Assembly (NCBI GenBank): GCA_964016885.1
Contig: OZ024748.1
Span: 39,122,001 to 39,186,000, forward strand
Length of the DNA stretch: 64,000 nucleotides
Direction of reading: 5' to 3'
DNA from: Eledone cirrhosa
Taxonomy: Eukaryota
Positions 52,101-64,000 of the stretch are shown here, in pieces. The notes below the pieces were generated by a model. That model saw only the letters and a list, made by a program, of their open reading frames with translations, had not been told where the DNA came from and made no database searches. Positions within the stretch are counted from its first letter, which is position 1; each line of letters opens with the position of its first letter. Position numbers and translations under genes: made by a program.

Positions 52101-55100
52101 TTACCATATTTCTAATGAAAGACACTGCCTATGTCATTAAAACTTTCATTGCCATATTTCTAATGAAAGACACTGCCTATGTCATTAACCCTTTCATTAC
52201 CATATTTCTTATGAAAGACACTGTCTATGTCATTAACACTTTATTATCATATTTCTAATGAAAGGCACTGTCTATGTCATTAACCCTTTATTATCATATT
52301 TCTAATGAGAGACACTGTCTATGTCATTAACCCTTTCATTAACATATTTCTCACAAAAGACACTGCCTATGTCCATATTACCATATATCTAATGAAAGAC
52401 ACTGTCTATGTCATTAACCCTTTCATTACCATATTTCTAATGAACGTCACTGTCTATGTCATTAACACTTTCATTACCATATTTCTAATGAAAGTCACTG
52501 TCTATGTCATTAACCCTTTCATTACCATATTTCTAATGAAAGTCACTGTCTATGTCATTAACCCTTTCATTACCATATTTCTAATGAAAGTCACTGTCTA
52601 TGTCATTAACCCTTTCATTACCATATTTCTAATGAAAGACACTGTCTATGTCATTAACCCTTTCATTACCATATTTCTAATGAAAGTCACTGTCTATGTC
52701 ATTAAGCCTTTCATTGCCATATTTCTAATGAAAGTCACTGTCTATGTCATTAACCCTTTCATTACCATATTTCTAAGGAAAGTCACTGTCTATTTCATTA
52801 ACCCTTTCATTACCATATTTCTAATGAAAGACACTGTCTATGTCATTAACCCTTTCATTACCATATTTCTAATGAAAGTCACTGTCTATGTCATTAACCC
52901 TTTCATTACCATATTTCTAATAAAAGTCACTGTCTATGTCATTAACCCTTTCATTACCATATTTCTAATGAAAGACACTGTCTATGTCATTAACCCTTTC
53001 ATTACCATATTTCTAATAAAAGTCACTGTCTATGTCATTAACCCTTTCATTACCATATTTCTAATGAAAGTCACTGTCTATGTCATTAACCCTTTCATTA
53101 CCATATCTCCAATGAAAGACACTTTCTATGTCATTAATCCTTTCATTACCATATTTCTAATAGAAGTCACTGTCTATGTCATTAACCCTTTCATTACCAT
53201 ATTTCTAATGAAAGAAACTGTCCATGTCATTAACCCTTTCATTACCATATTTCTAATAAAAGTCACTCTCTATGTCATTAACCCTTTCATTACCATATTT
53301 CTAATGAAAGACACTGTCTATTTCATTAAACCTTTCATTACCATATTTCTAATGAAAGACACTGTCTATGTCATTAACCCTTTCATTACCATATTTCTAA
53401 TGAAAGACACTGTCTATGTCATAAACCCTTTCATTACCATATTTCTAATGAAAGTCACTGTCTATGTCATTAACACTTTCATTACCATATTTCTAATGAA
53501 AGACACTGTCTATTTCATTAACCCTTTCATTACCATATTTCTAATGAAAGACACTGCCAATGTCATTAACCCTTTCATTACCATATTTATGACACTGTCT
53601 ATTTCATTAACCCTTTCATTATCATATTTCTAATAAAAGACACTGTTTATGTCATTAACCCTATCATTACCTTATTTCTAATGAAAGACACTGTCTATGT
53701 CATTAACCCTGTCATTACCATATTTCTAATGAAAGACACTGCCGATGTCATTAACCCTTTCATTACCATATTTCTAATGAAAGACACTGTCTATGTCATT
53801 AACCCTTTCATTACCATATTTCTAATGAAAGACACTGTCTATTTCATTAACCCTTTCATTACCATATTTCTAATGAAAGACACTGGTCTATTTCATTAAC
53901 CCTTTCATTACCATATTTCTAATGAAAGACACTGTCTATTTCATTAACCCTTTCATTACCATATTTCTAATGAAAGACACTGTCTATTTCATTAAACCTT
54001 TCATTACCATATTTTTAATGAAAGACACTGTCTATTTCATTAAGCCTTTCATTACCATATTTCTAATGAAAGACACTGTCTATTTCATTAACCCTTTCAT
54101 TACCATATTTCTAATGAAAGACACTGTCTATTTCATTAAACCTTTCATTACCATATTTCTAATGAAAGACACTGTCTATTTCATTAACCCTTTCATTACC
54201 ATATTTCTAATGAAAGACACTGTCTATGTCATTAACCCTTTCATTACCATATTTCTAATGAACGTCACTGTCTATGTCATTAACACTTTCATTACCATAT
54301 TTCTAATGAAAGTCACTGTCTATGTCATTAACCCTTTCATTACCATATTTCGAATGAAAGTCACTGTCTATGTCATTAACCCTTTCATTACCATATTTCT
54401 AATGAAAGACACTGTCTATGTCATTAACCCTTTCATTACCATATTTCTAATGAAAGTCACTGTCTATGTCATTAAGCCTTTCATTGCCATATTTCTAATG
54501 AAAGTCACTGTCTATGTCATTAACCCTTTCATTACCATATTTCTAAGGAAAGTCACTGTCTATTTCATTAACCCTTTCATTACCATATTTCTAATGAAAG
54601 ACACTGTCTATGTCATTAACCCTTTCATTACCATATTTCTAATGAAAGTCACTGTCTATGTCATTAACCCTTTCATTACCATATTTCTAATAAAAGTCAC
54701 TGTCTATGTCATTAACCCTTTCATTACCATATTTCTAATGAAAGACACTGTCTATGTCATTAACCCTTTCATTACCATATTTCTAATAAAAGTCACTGTC
54801 TATGTCATTAACCCTTTCATTACCATATTTCTAATGAAAGTCACTGTCTATGTCATTAACCCTTTCATTACCATATCTCCAATGAAAGACACATTCTATG
54901 TCATTAATCCTTTCATTACCATATTTCTAATAGAAGTCACTGTCTATGTCATTAACCCTTTCATTACCATATTTCTAATGAAAGTCACTGTCTATGTCAT
55001 TAACCCTTTCATTACCATATTTCTAATGAAAGACACATTCTATGTCATTAATCCATTCATTACCATATTTCTAATGGAAGTCACTGTCTATGTCATTAAC

Positions 55101-58100
55101 CCTTTCATTACCATATTTCTAATGAAAGACACTGTCTATGTGATTAACCCTGTCATTACCATATTTCTTTATGAAAGTTACTGTCTATGTCACTAACCCT
55201 GTCATTACCATATTTCTAATGAAAGTCACTGTCTATGTCATTAACCCTTTCATTACCATATTTCAAACAAAAGCCACTGTTTATGTCATTGACCATTTCA
55301 TTACCATATTTCTAATGAAAGACACTGCCTATGTCATTAAAACTTTCATTGCCATATTTCTAATGAAAGACACTGTCTATGTCATTAACCCTTTATTATC
55401 ATATTTCTAATGAGAGACACTGTCTATGTCATTAACCCTTTCATTAACATATTTCTCACAAAAGACACTGCCTATGTCCATATTACCATATATCTAATGA
55501 AAGACACTGTCTATGTCATTAACTCTTTCATTACCATATTTCTAATGAAAGACACTGTCTATTTCATTAACCCTTTCATTACCATATTTCTAATGAAAGA
55601 CACTGCCAATGTCATTAACCCTTTCATTACCATATTTCTGACACTGTCTATGTTATTAACCCTTTCATCATCATATTTCTAATAAAAGACACTGTTTATG
55701 TCATTAACCCTATCATTAACTTATTTCTAATGAAAGACACTGTCTATGTCATTAACCCTGTCATTACCATATTTCTAATGAAAGACACTGCCGATGTCAT
55801 TAACCCTTTCATTACCATATTTCTGAGACTGTCTATTTCATTAACCCTTTCATTACCATATTTCTAATGAAAGACACTGTCTATGTTATTAACCCTTTCA
55901 TTACCAGATTTCTAATGAAAGACACTGTCTATTTCATTAACCCTTTCATTACCATATTTCTAATGAAAGACACTGTCTATTTCATTAACCCTTTCATTAC
56001 CATATTTCTAATGAAAGACACTGTCTATTTCATTAAACCTTTCATTACCATATTTCTAATGAAAGACACTGTCTATGTCATTAACCCTTTCATTACCATA
56101 TTTCTAATGAAAGACACTGTCTATGTCAGTAACCCTTTCATTACCATATTTCTAATGAAAGTCACTGTCTATTTCATTAACCCTTTCATTACCACATTTT
56201 TAATGAAAGTCACTGTCTATGTCATTAACCCTTTCATTACCATATTTCTAATGAAAGTCACTGTCTATGTCATTAACCCTTTCATTACCATATTTCTAAT
56301 GAAAGACACTGTCTATGTCATTAACCCTTTCATTACCATATTTCTAATGAAAGTCACTGTCTATGTCATTAACCCTTTCATTACCATATTTCTAATGAAA
56401 GTCACTGTCTATGTCATTAACCCTTTCATTACCATATTTCTAATGAAAGTCACTGTCTATTTCATTAACCTTTCATTACCATATTTCTAATGAAAGATAC
56501 TGTCTATGTGATTAACCCTTTCATTACCATATTTCTAATGAAAGTCACTGTCTATGTCATTAACCCTTTCATTACCATATTTCTAATGAAAGACACTGTC
56601 TATGTCATTAACCCTTTCATTACCATATTTCTAATAAACGTCACTGTCTATGTCATTAACCCTTTCATTACCATATTTCTAATGAAAGTCACTGTCTATG
56701 TCATTAACCCTTTCATTACCATATTTCTAATGAAAGACACATTCTATGTCATTAATCCTTTCATTACCATATTTCTAATGGAAGTCACTGTCTATGTCAT
56801 TAACACTTTCATTACCATATTTCTAATGAAAGTCACTGTCTATGTCATTAACCCTTTCATTACCATATTTCTAATGAAAGACACATTCTATGTCATTAAT
56901 CCATTCATTACCATATTTCTAATGGAAGTCACTGTCTATGTCATTAACCCTTTCATTACCATATTTCTAATGAAAGACACTGTCTATGTGATTAACCCTG
57001 TCATTACCATATTTCTTTATGAAAGTTACTGTCTATGTCACTAACCCTGTCATTACCATATTTCTAATGAAAGTCACTGTCTATGTCATTAACCCTTTCA
57101 TTACCATATTTCAAACAAAAGCCACTGTTTATGTCATTGACCATTTCATTACCATATTTCTAATGAAAGACACTGCCTATGTCATTAAAACTTTCATTGC
57201 CATATTTCTAATGAAAGACACTGTCTATGTCATTAACACTTTATTATCATATTTCTAATGAAAGGCACTGTCTATGTCATTAACCCTTTATTATCATATT
57301 TCTAATGAGAGACACTGTCTATGTCATTAACCCTTTCATTAACATATTTCTCACAAAAGACACTGCCTATGTCCATATTACCATATATCTAATGAAAGAC
57401 ACTGTCTATGTCATTAACTCTTTCATTACCATATTTCTAATGAAAGACACTGTCTATTTCATTAACCCTTTCATTACCATATTTCTAATGAAAGACACTG
57501 CCAATGTCATTAACCCTTTCATTACCATATTTCTAACACTGTCTATGTTATTAACCCTTTCATCATCATATTTCTAATAAAAGACACTGTTTATGTCATT
57601 AACCCTATCATTAACTTATTTCTAATGAAAGACACTGTCTATGTCATTAACCCTTTCATTACCATATTTCTAATGAAAGACACTGCCGATGTCATTAACC
57701 CTTTCATTACCATATTTCTGAGACTGTCTATTTCATTAACCCTTTCATTACCATATTTCTAATGAAAGACACTGTCTATGTTATTAACCCTTTCATTACC
57801 AGATTTCTAATGAAAGACACTGTCTATTTCATTAACCCTTTCATTACCATATTTCTAATGAAAGACACTGTCTATTTCATTAACCCTTTCATTACCATAT
57901 TTCTAATGAAAGACACTGTCTATTTCATTAAACCTTTCATTACCATATTTCTAATGAAAGACACTGTCTATGTCATTAACCCTTTCATTACCATATTTCT
58001 AATGAAAGACACTGTCTATGTCAGTAACCCTTTCATTACCATATTTCTAATGAAAGTCACTGTCTATTTCATTAACCCTTTCATTACCACATTTTTAATG

Positions 58101-61100
58101 AAAGTCACTGTCTATGTCATTAACCCTTTCATTACCATATTTCTAATGAAAGTCACTGTCTATGTCATTAACCCTTTCATTACCATATTTCTAATGAAAG
58201 ACACTGTCTATGTCATTAACCCTTTCATTACCATATTTCTAATGAAAGTCACTGTCTATGTCATTAACCCTTTCATTACCATATTTCTAATGAAAGTCAC
58301 TGTCTATGTCATTAACCCTTTCATTACCATATTTCTAATGAAAGTCACTGTCTATTTCATTAACCTTTCATTACCATATTTCTAATGAAAGACACTGTCT
58401 ATGTGATTAACCCTTTGATTACCATATTTCTAATGAAAGTCACTGTCTATGTCATTAACCCTTTCATTACCATATTTCTAATGAAAGACACTGTCTATGT
58501 CATTAACCCTTTCATTACCATATTTCTAATAAACGTCACTGTCTATGTCATTAACCCTTTCATTACCATATTTCTAATGAAAGTCACTGTCTATTTCATT
58601 AAACCTTTCATTACCATATTTCTAATGAAAGACACATTCTATGTCATTAATCCTTTCATTACCATATTTCTAATGGAAGTCACTGTCTATGTCATTAACC
58701 CTTTCATTAACATATTTCTAATGAAAGTCACTGTCTATGTCATTAACCCTTTCATTACCATATTTCTAATGAAAGTCACTGTCTATGTCATTAACCCTTT
58801 CATTACCATATTTCTAATGAAAGACACAGTCTATGTCATTAATCCTTTCATTACCATATTTCTAATGAAAGACAATGTCTATGTCATTAACCCTTTCATT
58901 ACCATGTTTCTAATGAAAGTCACTGTCTATGTCATTAACCCTTTCATTACCATATTTCTAATGAAAGACACTGTCTATGTCATTAACCCTTTCATTAACA
59001 TATTTCTCACAAAAGACACTGCCTATGTCCATATTACCATATATCTAATGAAAGACACTGTCTATGTCATTAACTCTTTCATTACCATATTTCTAATGAA
59101 AGACACTGTCTATTTCATTAACCCTTTCATTACCATATTTCTAATGAAAGACACTGCCAATGTCATTAACCCTTTCATTACCATATTTCTGACACTGTCT
59201 ATGTCATTAACCCTTTGATTATCATATTTCTAATAAAAGACACTGTTTATGTCATTAACCCTATCATTACCTTATTTCTAATGAAAGGCACTGTCTATTT
59301 CATTAACCCTTTCATTACCATATTTCTAATGAAAGACACTGTCTATTTCATTAAACCTTTCATTACCATATTTCTAATGAAAGACACTGTCTATGTCATT
59401 AACCCTTTCATTACCATATTTCTAATGAAAGACACTGTCTATGTCATAAACCCTTTCATTACCATATTTCTAATGAAAGTCACTGTCTATGTCATTAACA
59501 CTTTCATTACCATATTTCTAATGAAAGACACAGTCTATTTCATTAACCCTTTCATTACCATATTTCTAATGAAAGACACTGCCAATGTCATTAACCCTTT
59601 CATTACCATATTTCTAATGAACGTCACTGTCTATGTCATTAACACTTTCATTACCATATTTCTAATGATAGTCACTGTCTATGTCATTAACCCTTTCATT
59701 ATCATATTTCTAATAAAAGACACTGTTTATGTCATTAACCCTATCATTACCTTATTTCTAATGAAAGACACTGTCTATGTCATTAACCCTGTCATTACCA
59801 TATTTCTAATGAAAGACACTGCCGATGTCATTAACCCTTTCATTACCATATTTCTAATGAAAGACACTGTCTATGTCATTAACCCTTTCATTACCATATT
59901 TCTAATGAAAGACACTGGTCTATTTCATTAACCCTTTCATTACCATATTTCTAATGAAAGACACTGTCTATTTCATTAACCCTTTCATTACCATATTTCT
60001 AATGAAAGACACTGTCTATTTCATTAACCCTTTCATTACCATATTTCTAATGAAAGACACTGTCTATTTCATTAAGCCTTTCATTACCATATTTCTAATG
60101 AAAGACACTGTCTATTTCATTAACCCTTTCATTACCATATTTCTAATGAAAGACACTGTCTATGTCATTAACCCTTTCATTACCATATTTCTAATGAAAG
60201 ACACTGTCTATGTCATTAACCCTTTCATTACCATATTTCTAATGAACGTCACTGTCTATGTCATTAACACTTTCATTACCATATTTCTAATGATAGTCAC
60301 TGTCTATGTCATTAACCCTTTCATTACCATATTTCTAATGAAAGTCACTGTCTATGTCATTAACCCTTTCATTACCATATTTCTAATGAAAGTCACTGTC
60401 TATGTCATTAACCCTTTCATTACCATATTTCTAATGAAAGACACTGTCTATGTCATTAACCCTTTCATTACCATATTTCTAATGAAAGTCACTGTCTATG
60501 TCATTAAGCCTTTCATTGCCATATTTCTAATGAAAGTCACTGTCTATGTCATTAACCCTTTCATTACCATATTTCTAAGGAAAGTCACTGTCTATTTCAT
60601 TAACCCTTTCATTACCATATTTCTAATGAAAGACACTGTCTATGTCATTAACCCTTTCATTACCATATTTCTAATGAAAGTCACTGTCTATGTAATTAAC
60701 CCTTTCATTACCATATTTCTAATGAAAGACACTGTCTATGTCATTAACCCTTTCATTACCATATTTCTAATAAAAGTCACTGTCTATGTCATTAACCCTT
60801 TCATTACCATATTTCTAATGAAAGACACTGTCTATGTCATTAACCCTTTCATTACCATATTTCTAATAAAAATCACTGTCTATGTCATTAACCCTTTCAT
60901 TACCATATTTCTAATGAAAGTCACTGTCTATGTCATTAACCCTTTCATTACCATATTTCTAATGAAAGACACATTCTATGTCATTAATCCATTCATTACC
61001 ATATTTCTAATGGAAGTCACTGTCTATGTCATTAACCCTTTCATTACCATATTTCTAATGAAAGTCACTGTTTATGTCATTAACCCTTTCATTACCATAT

Positions 61101-64000
61101 TTCTAATGAAAGACACTGTCTATGTGATTAACCCTGTCATTACCATATTTCTAATGAAAGTCACTGTCTATGTCATTAACCCTTTCATTACCATATTTCT
61201 AATGAAAGACACTGTCTATGTCATTAACCCTTTCATTACCATATTTCTAATGAAAGACACTGTCTATGCAATTAACCCTTTCATTAACATATTTCTCACA
61301 AAAGCCACTGTTTATGTCATTGACCATTTCATTACCATATTTCTAATGAAAGACATTGTCTATGTCAATAACACATTCATTACCATATTTCTAATGAAAG
61401 ACACTGCCTATGTCATTAAAACTTTCATTACCATATTTCTAATGAAAGACACTGTCTATGTCATTAACCCTGTCATTACTATATTTCTAATGAAAGACAC
61501 TGCCTATGTCATTAACCCTTTCATTACCATATTTCTTATGAAAGACACTGTCTATGTCATTAACACTTTATTATCATATTTCTAATAAAAGGCACTGTCT
61601 ATGTCATTAACCCTTTATTATCATATTTCTAATGAGAGACACTGTCTATGTCATTAACCCTTTCATTAACATATTTCTCACAAAAGACGCTGCCTATGTC
61701 CATATTACCATATATCTAATGAAAGACACTGTCTATGTCATTAACTCTTTCATTACCATATTTCTAATGAAAGACACTGCCAATGTCATTAACCCTTTCA
61801 TTACCATATTTCTGACACTGTCTATGTTATTAACCCTTTCATCATCATATTTCTAATAAAAGACACTGTTTATGTCATTAACCCTGTCATTACCATATTT
61901 CTAATGAAAGACACTGCCGATGTCATTAACCCTTTCATTACCATATTTCTGAGACTGTCTATTTCATTAACCCTTTCATTACCATATTTCTAATGAAAGA
62001 CACTGTATATGTCATTAACCCTTTCATTACCAGATTTCTAATGAAAGACACTCTCTATTTCATTAACCCTTTCATTACCATATTTCTAATGAAAGACACT
62101 GTCTATTTCATTAACCCTTTCATTACCATATTTCTAATGAAAGACACTGTCTATTTCATTAAACCTTTCATTACCATATTTCTAATGAAAGACACTGTCT
62201 ATGTCATTAACTCTTTCATTACCATATTTCTAATGAAAGACACTGTCTATGTCATTAACCCTTTCATTACCATATTTTTAATGAAAGTCACTGTCTATGT
62301 CATTAACACTTTCATTACCATATTTCTAATGAAAGACACTGTCTATGTCAGTAACCCTTTCATTACCATATTTCTAATGAAAGTCACTGTCTATGTCATT
62401 AACCCTTTCATTACCATATTTCTAATGAAAGTCACTGTCTATGTCATTAACCCTTTCATTACCATATTTCTAATGAAAGACACTGTCTATGTCATTAACC
62501 TTTCATTACCATATTTCTAATGAAAGACACTGTCTATGTGATTAACCCTTTCATTACCATATTTCTAATGAAAGTCACTGTCTATGTCATTAACCCTTTC
62601 ATTACCATATTTCTAATGAAAGACACTGTCTATGTCATTAACCCTTTCATTACCATATTTCTAATAAACGTCACTGTCTATGTCATTAACCCTTTCATTA
62701 CCATATTTCTAATGAAAGTTACTGTCTATGTCATTAACCCTTTCATTACCATATTTCTAATGAAAGACACATTCTATGTCATTAATCCTTTCATTACCAT
62801 ATTTCTAATGGAAGTCACTGTCTATGTCATTAACCCTTTCATTACCATATTTCTAATGAAAGTCACTGTCTATGTCATTAAACCTTTCATTACCATATTT
62901 CTAATGAAAGTCACTGTCTATGTAATTAACCCTTTCATTACCATATTTCTAATGAAAGACACTGTCTATGTCATTAACCCTTTCATTACCATATTTCTAA
63001 TGAAAGTCACTGTCTATGTCATTAACCCTTTCATTACCATATTTCTAATGAAAGACACTGTCTATGTCATTAACCCTTTCATTACCATATTTCTAATAAA
63101 AGTCACTGTCTATGTCATTAACCCTTTCATTACCATATTTCTAATGAAAGTCACTGTCTATGTCATTAACCCTTTCATTACCATATTTCTAATGAAAGAC
63201 ACATTCTATGTCATTAATCCATTCATTACCATATTTCTAATGGAAGTCACTGTCTATGTCATTAACCCTTTCATTACCATATTTCTAATGAAAGTCACTG
63301 TTTATGTCATTAACCCTTTCATTACCATATTTCTAATGAAAGACACTGTCTATGTGATTAACCCTGTCATTACCATATTTCTAATGAAAGTCACTGTCTA
63401 TGTCATTAACCCTTTCATTACCATATTTCTAATGAAAGACACTGTCTATGTCATTAACCCTGTCATTACTATATTTCTAATGAAAGACACTGCCTATGTC
63501 ATTAACCCTTTCATTATCATATTTCTTATGAAAGACACTGTCTATGTCATTAACACTTTATTATCATATTTCTAATGAAAGGCACTGTCTATGTCATTAA
63601 CCCTTTATTATCATATTTCTAATGAGAGACACTGTCTATGTCATTAACCCTTTCATTAACATATTTCTCACAAAAGACACTGCCTGTGTCCATATTACCA
63701 TATATCTAATGAAAGACACTGTCTATGTCATTAACTCTTTCATTACCATATTTCTAATGAAAGACACTGCCAATGTCATTAACCCTTTCATTACCATATT
63801 TCTGACACTGTCTATGTTATTAACCCTTTCATCATCATATTTCTAATAAAAAACACTGTCTATGTCATTAACCCTGTCATTACCATATTTCTAATGAAAG
63901 ACACTGCCGATGTCATTAACCCTTTCATTACCATATTTCTGAGACTGTCTATTTCATTAACCCTTTCATTACCATATTTCTAATGAAAGACACTGTCTAT
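22168..64000. repeat. 48-bp satellite DNA array (about 870 monomers, runs to the window end) with higher-order duplications
   Basis: Consensus TTTCTAATGAAAGACACTGTCTATGTCATTAACCCTTTCATTACCATA. Variant monomers recur in blocks offset by 1714, 2912, 3512, 4198/4246 and 1895 bp, read from identical ORF-track translations. Confidence 0.97.

Noticed and set aside
22064-63846. Dozens of long ORFs of (MKDTVYVINPFITIFL)n
   Set aside because: The 48-bp monomer is a multiple of 3 with one stop-free frame. Frames break at random indel variants, and there are no unique domains or splice evidence. This is a satellite artefact.
22168-64000. Hammerhead-like pattern in the 48-bp satellite (minus strand TTAATGA…GAAATATGGTA; plus strand CTAATGA)
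   Set aside because: The core lacks the essential C3/G5 and no coherent stems I and II can be drawn. At most it is a remote derivative.

Overview
AT-rich animal genomic DNA, most likely an octopod cephalopod; this is inferred from the SINE, Penelope-like, Helitron and RTE repeats and long (TA)n tracts. The first 22 kb hold two tandem, same-strand tryptophan indole-lyase (tryptophanase, TnaA-like) coding regions, 5688-7185 and 11736-13115, each uninterrupted by introns. Their catalytic losses are complementary. Copy 1 keeps the trans-acting catalytic Tyr motif (GDESYAGS) but has lost the PLP lysine and the PLP-binding residues. Copy 2 keeps the PLP site but has lost the Tyr motif. Phase-matched splice sites (acceptors ending at 5687 and 11725, donor at 7164, candidate donor at 5130) would allow both copies to be joined into one polypeptide of about 957 aa. 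The region is unusually rich in minimal hammerhead ribozymes. These include one in the predicted intron just upstream of copy 2, and a 19 x 54-bp tandem array in which each monomer is a hammerhead core. From about 22.2 kb to the window end lies a 48-bp satellite of about 870 monomers with kb-scale higher-order duplications; its ORFs are artefacts.
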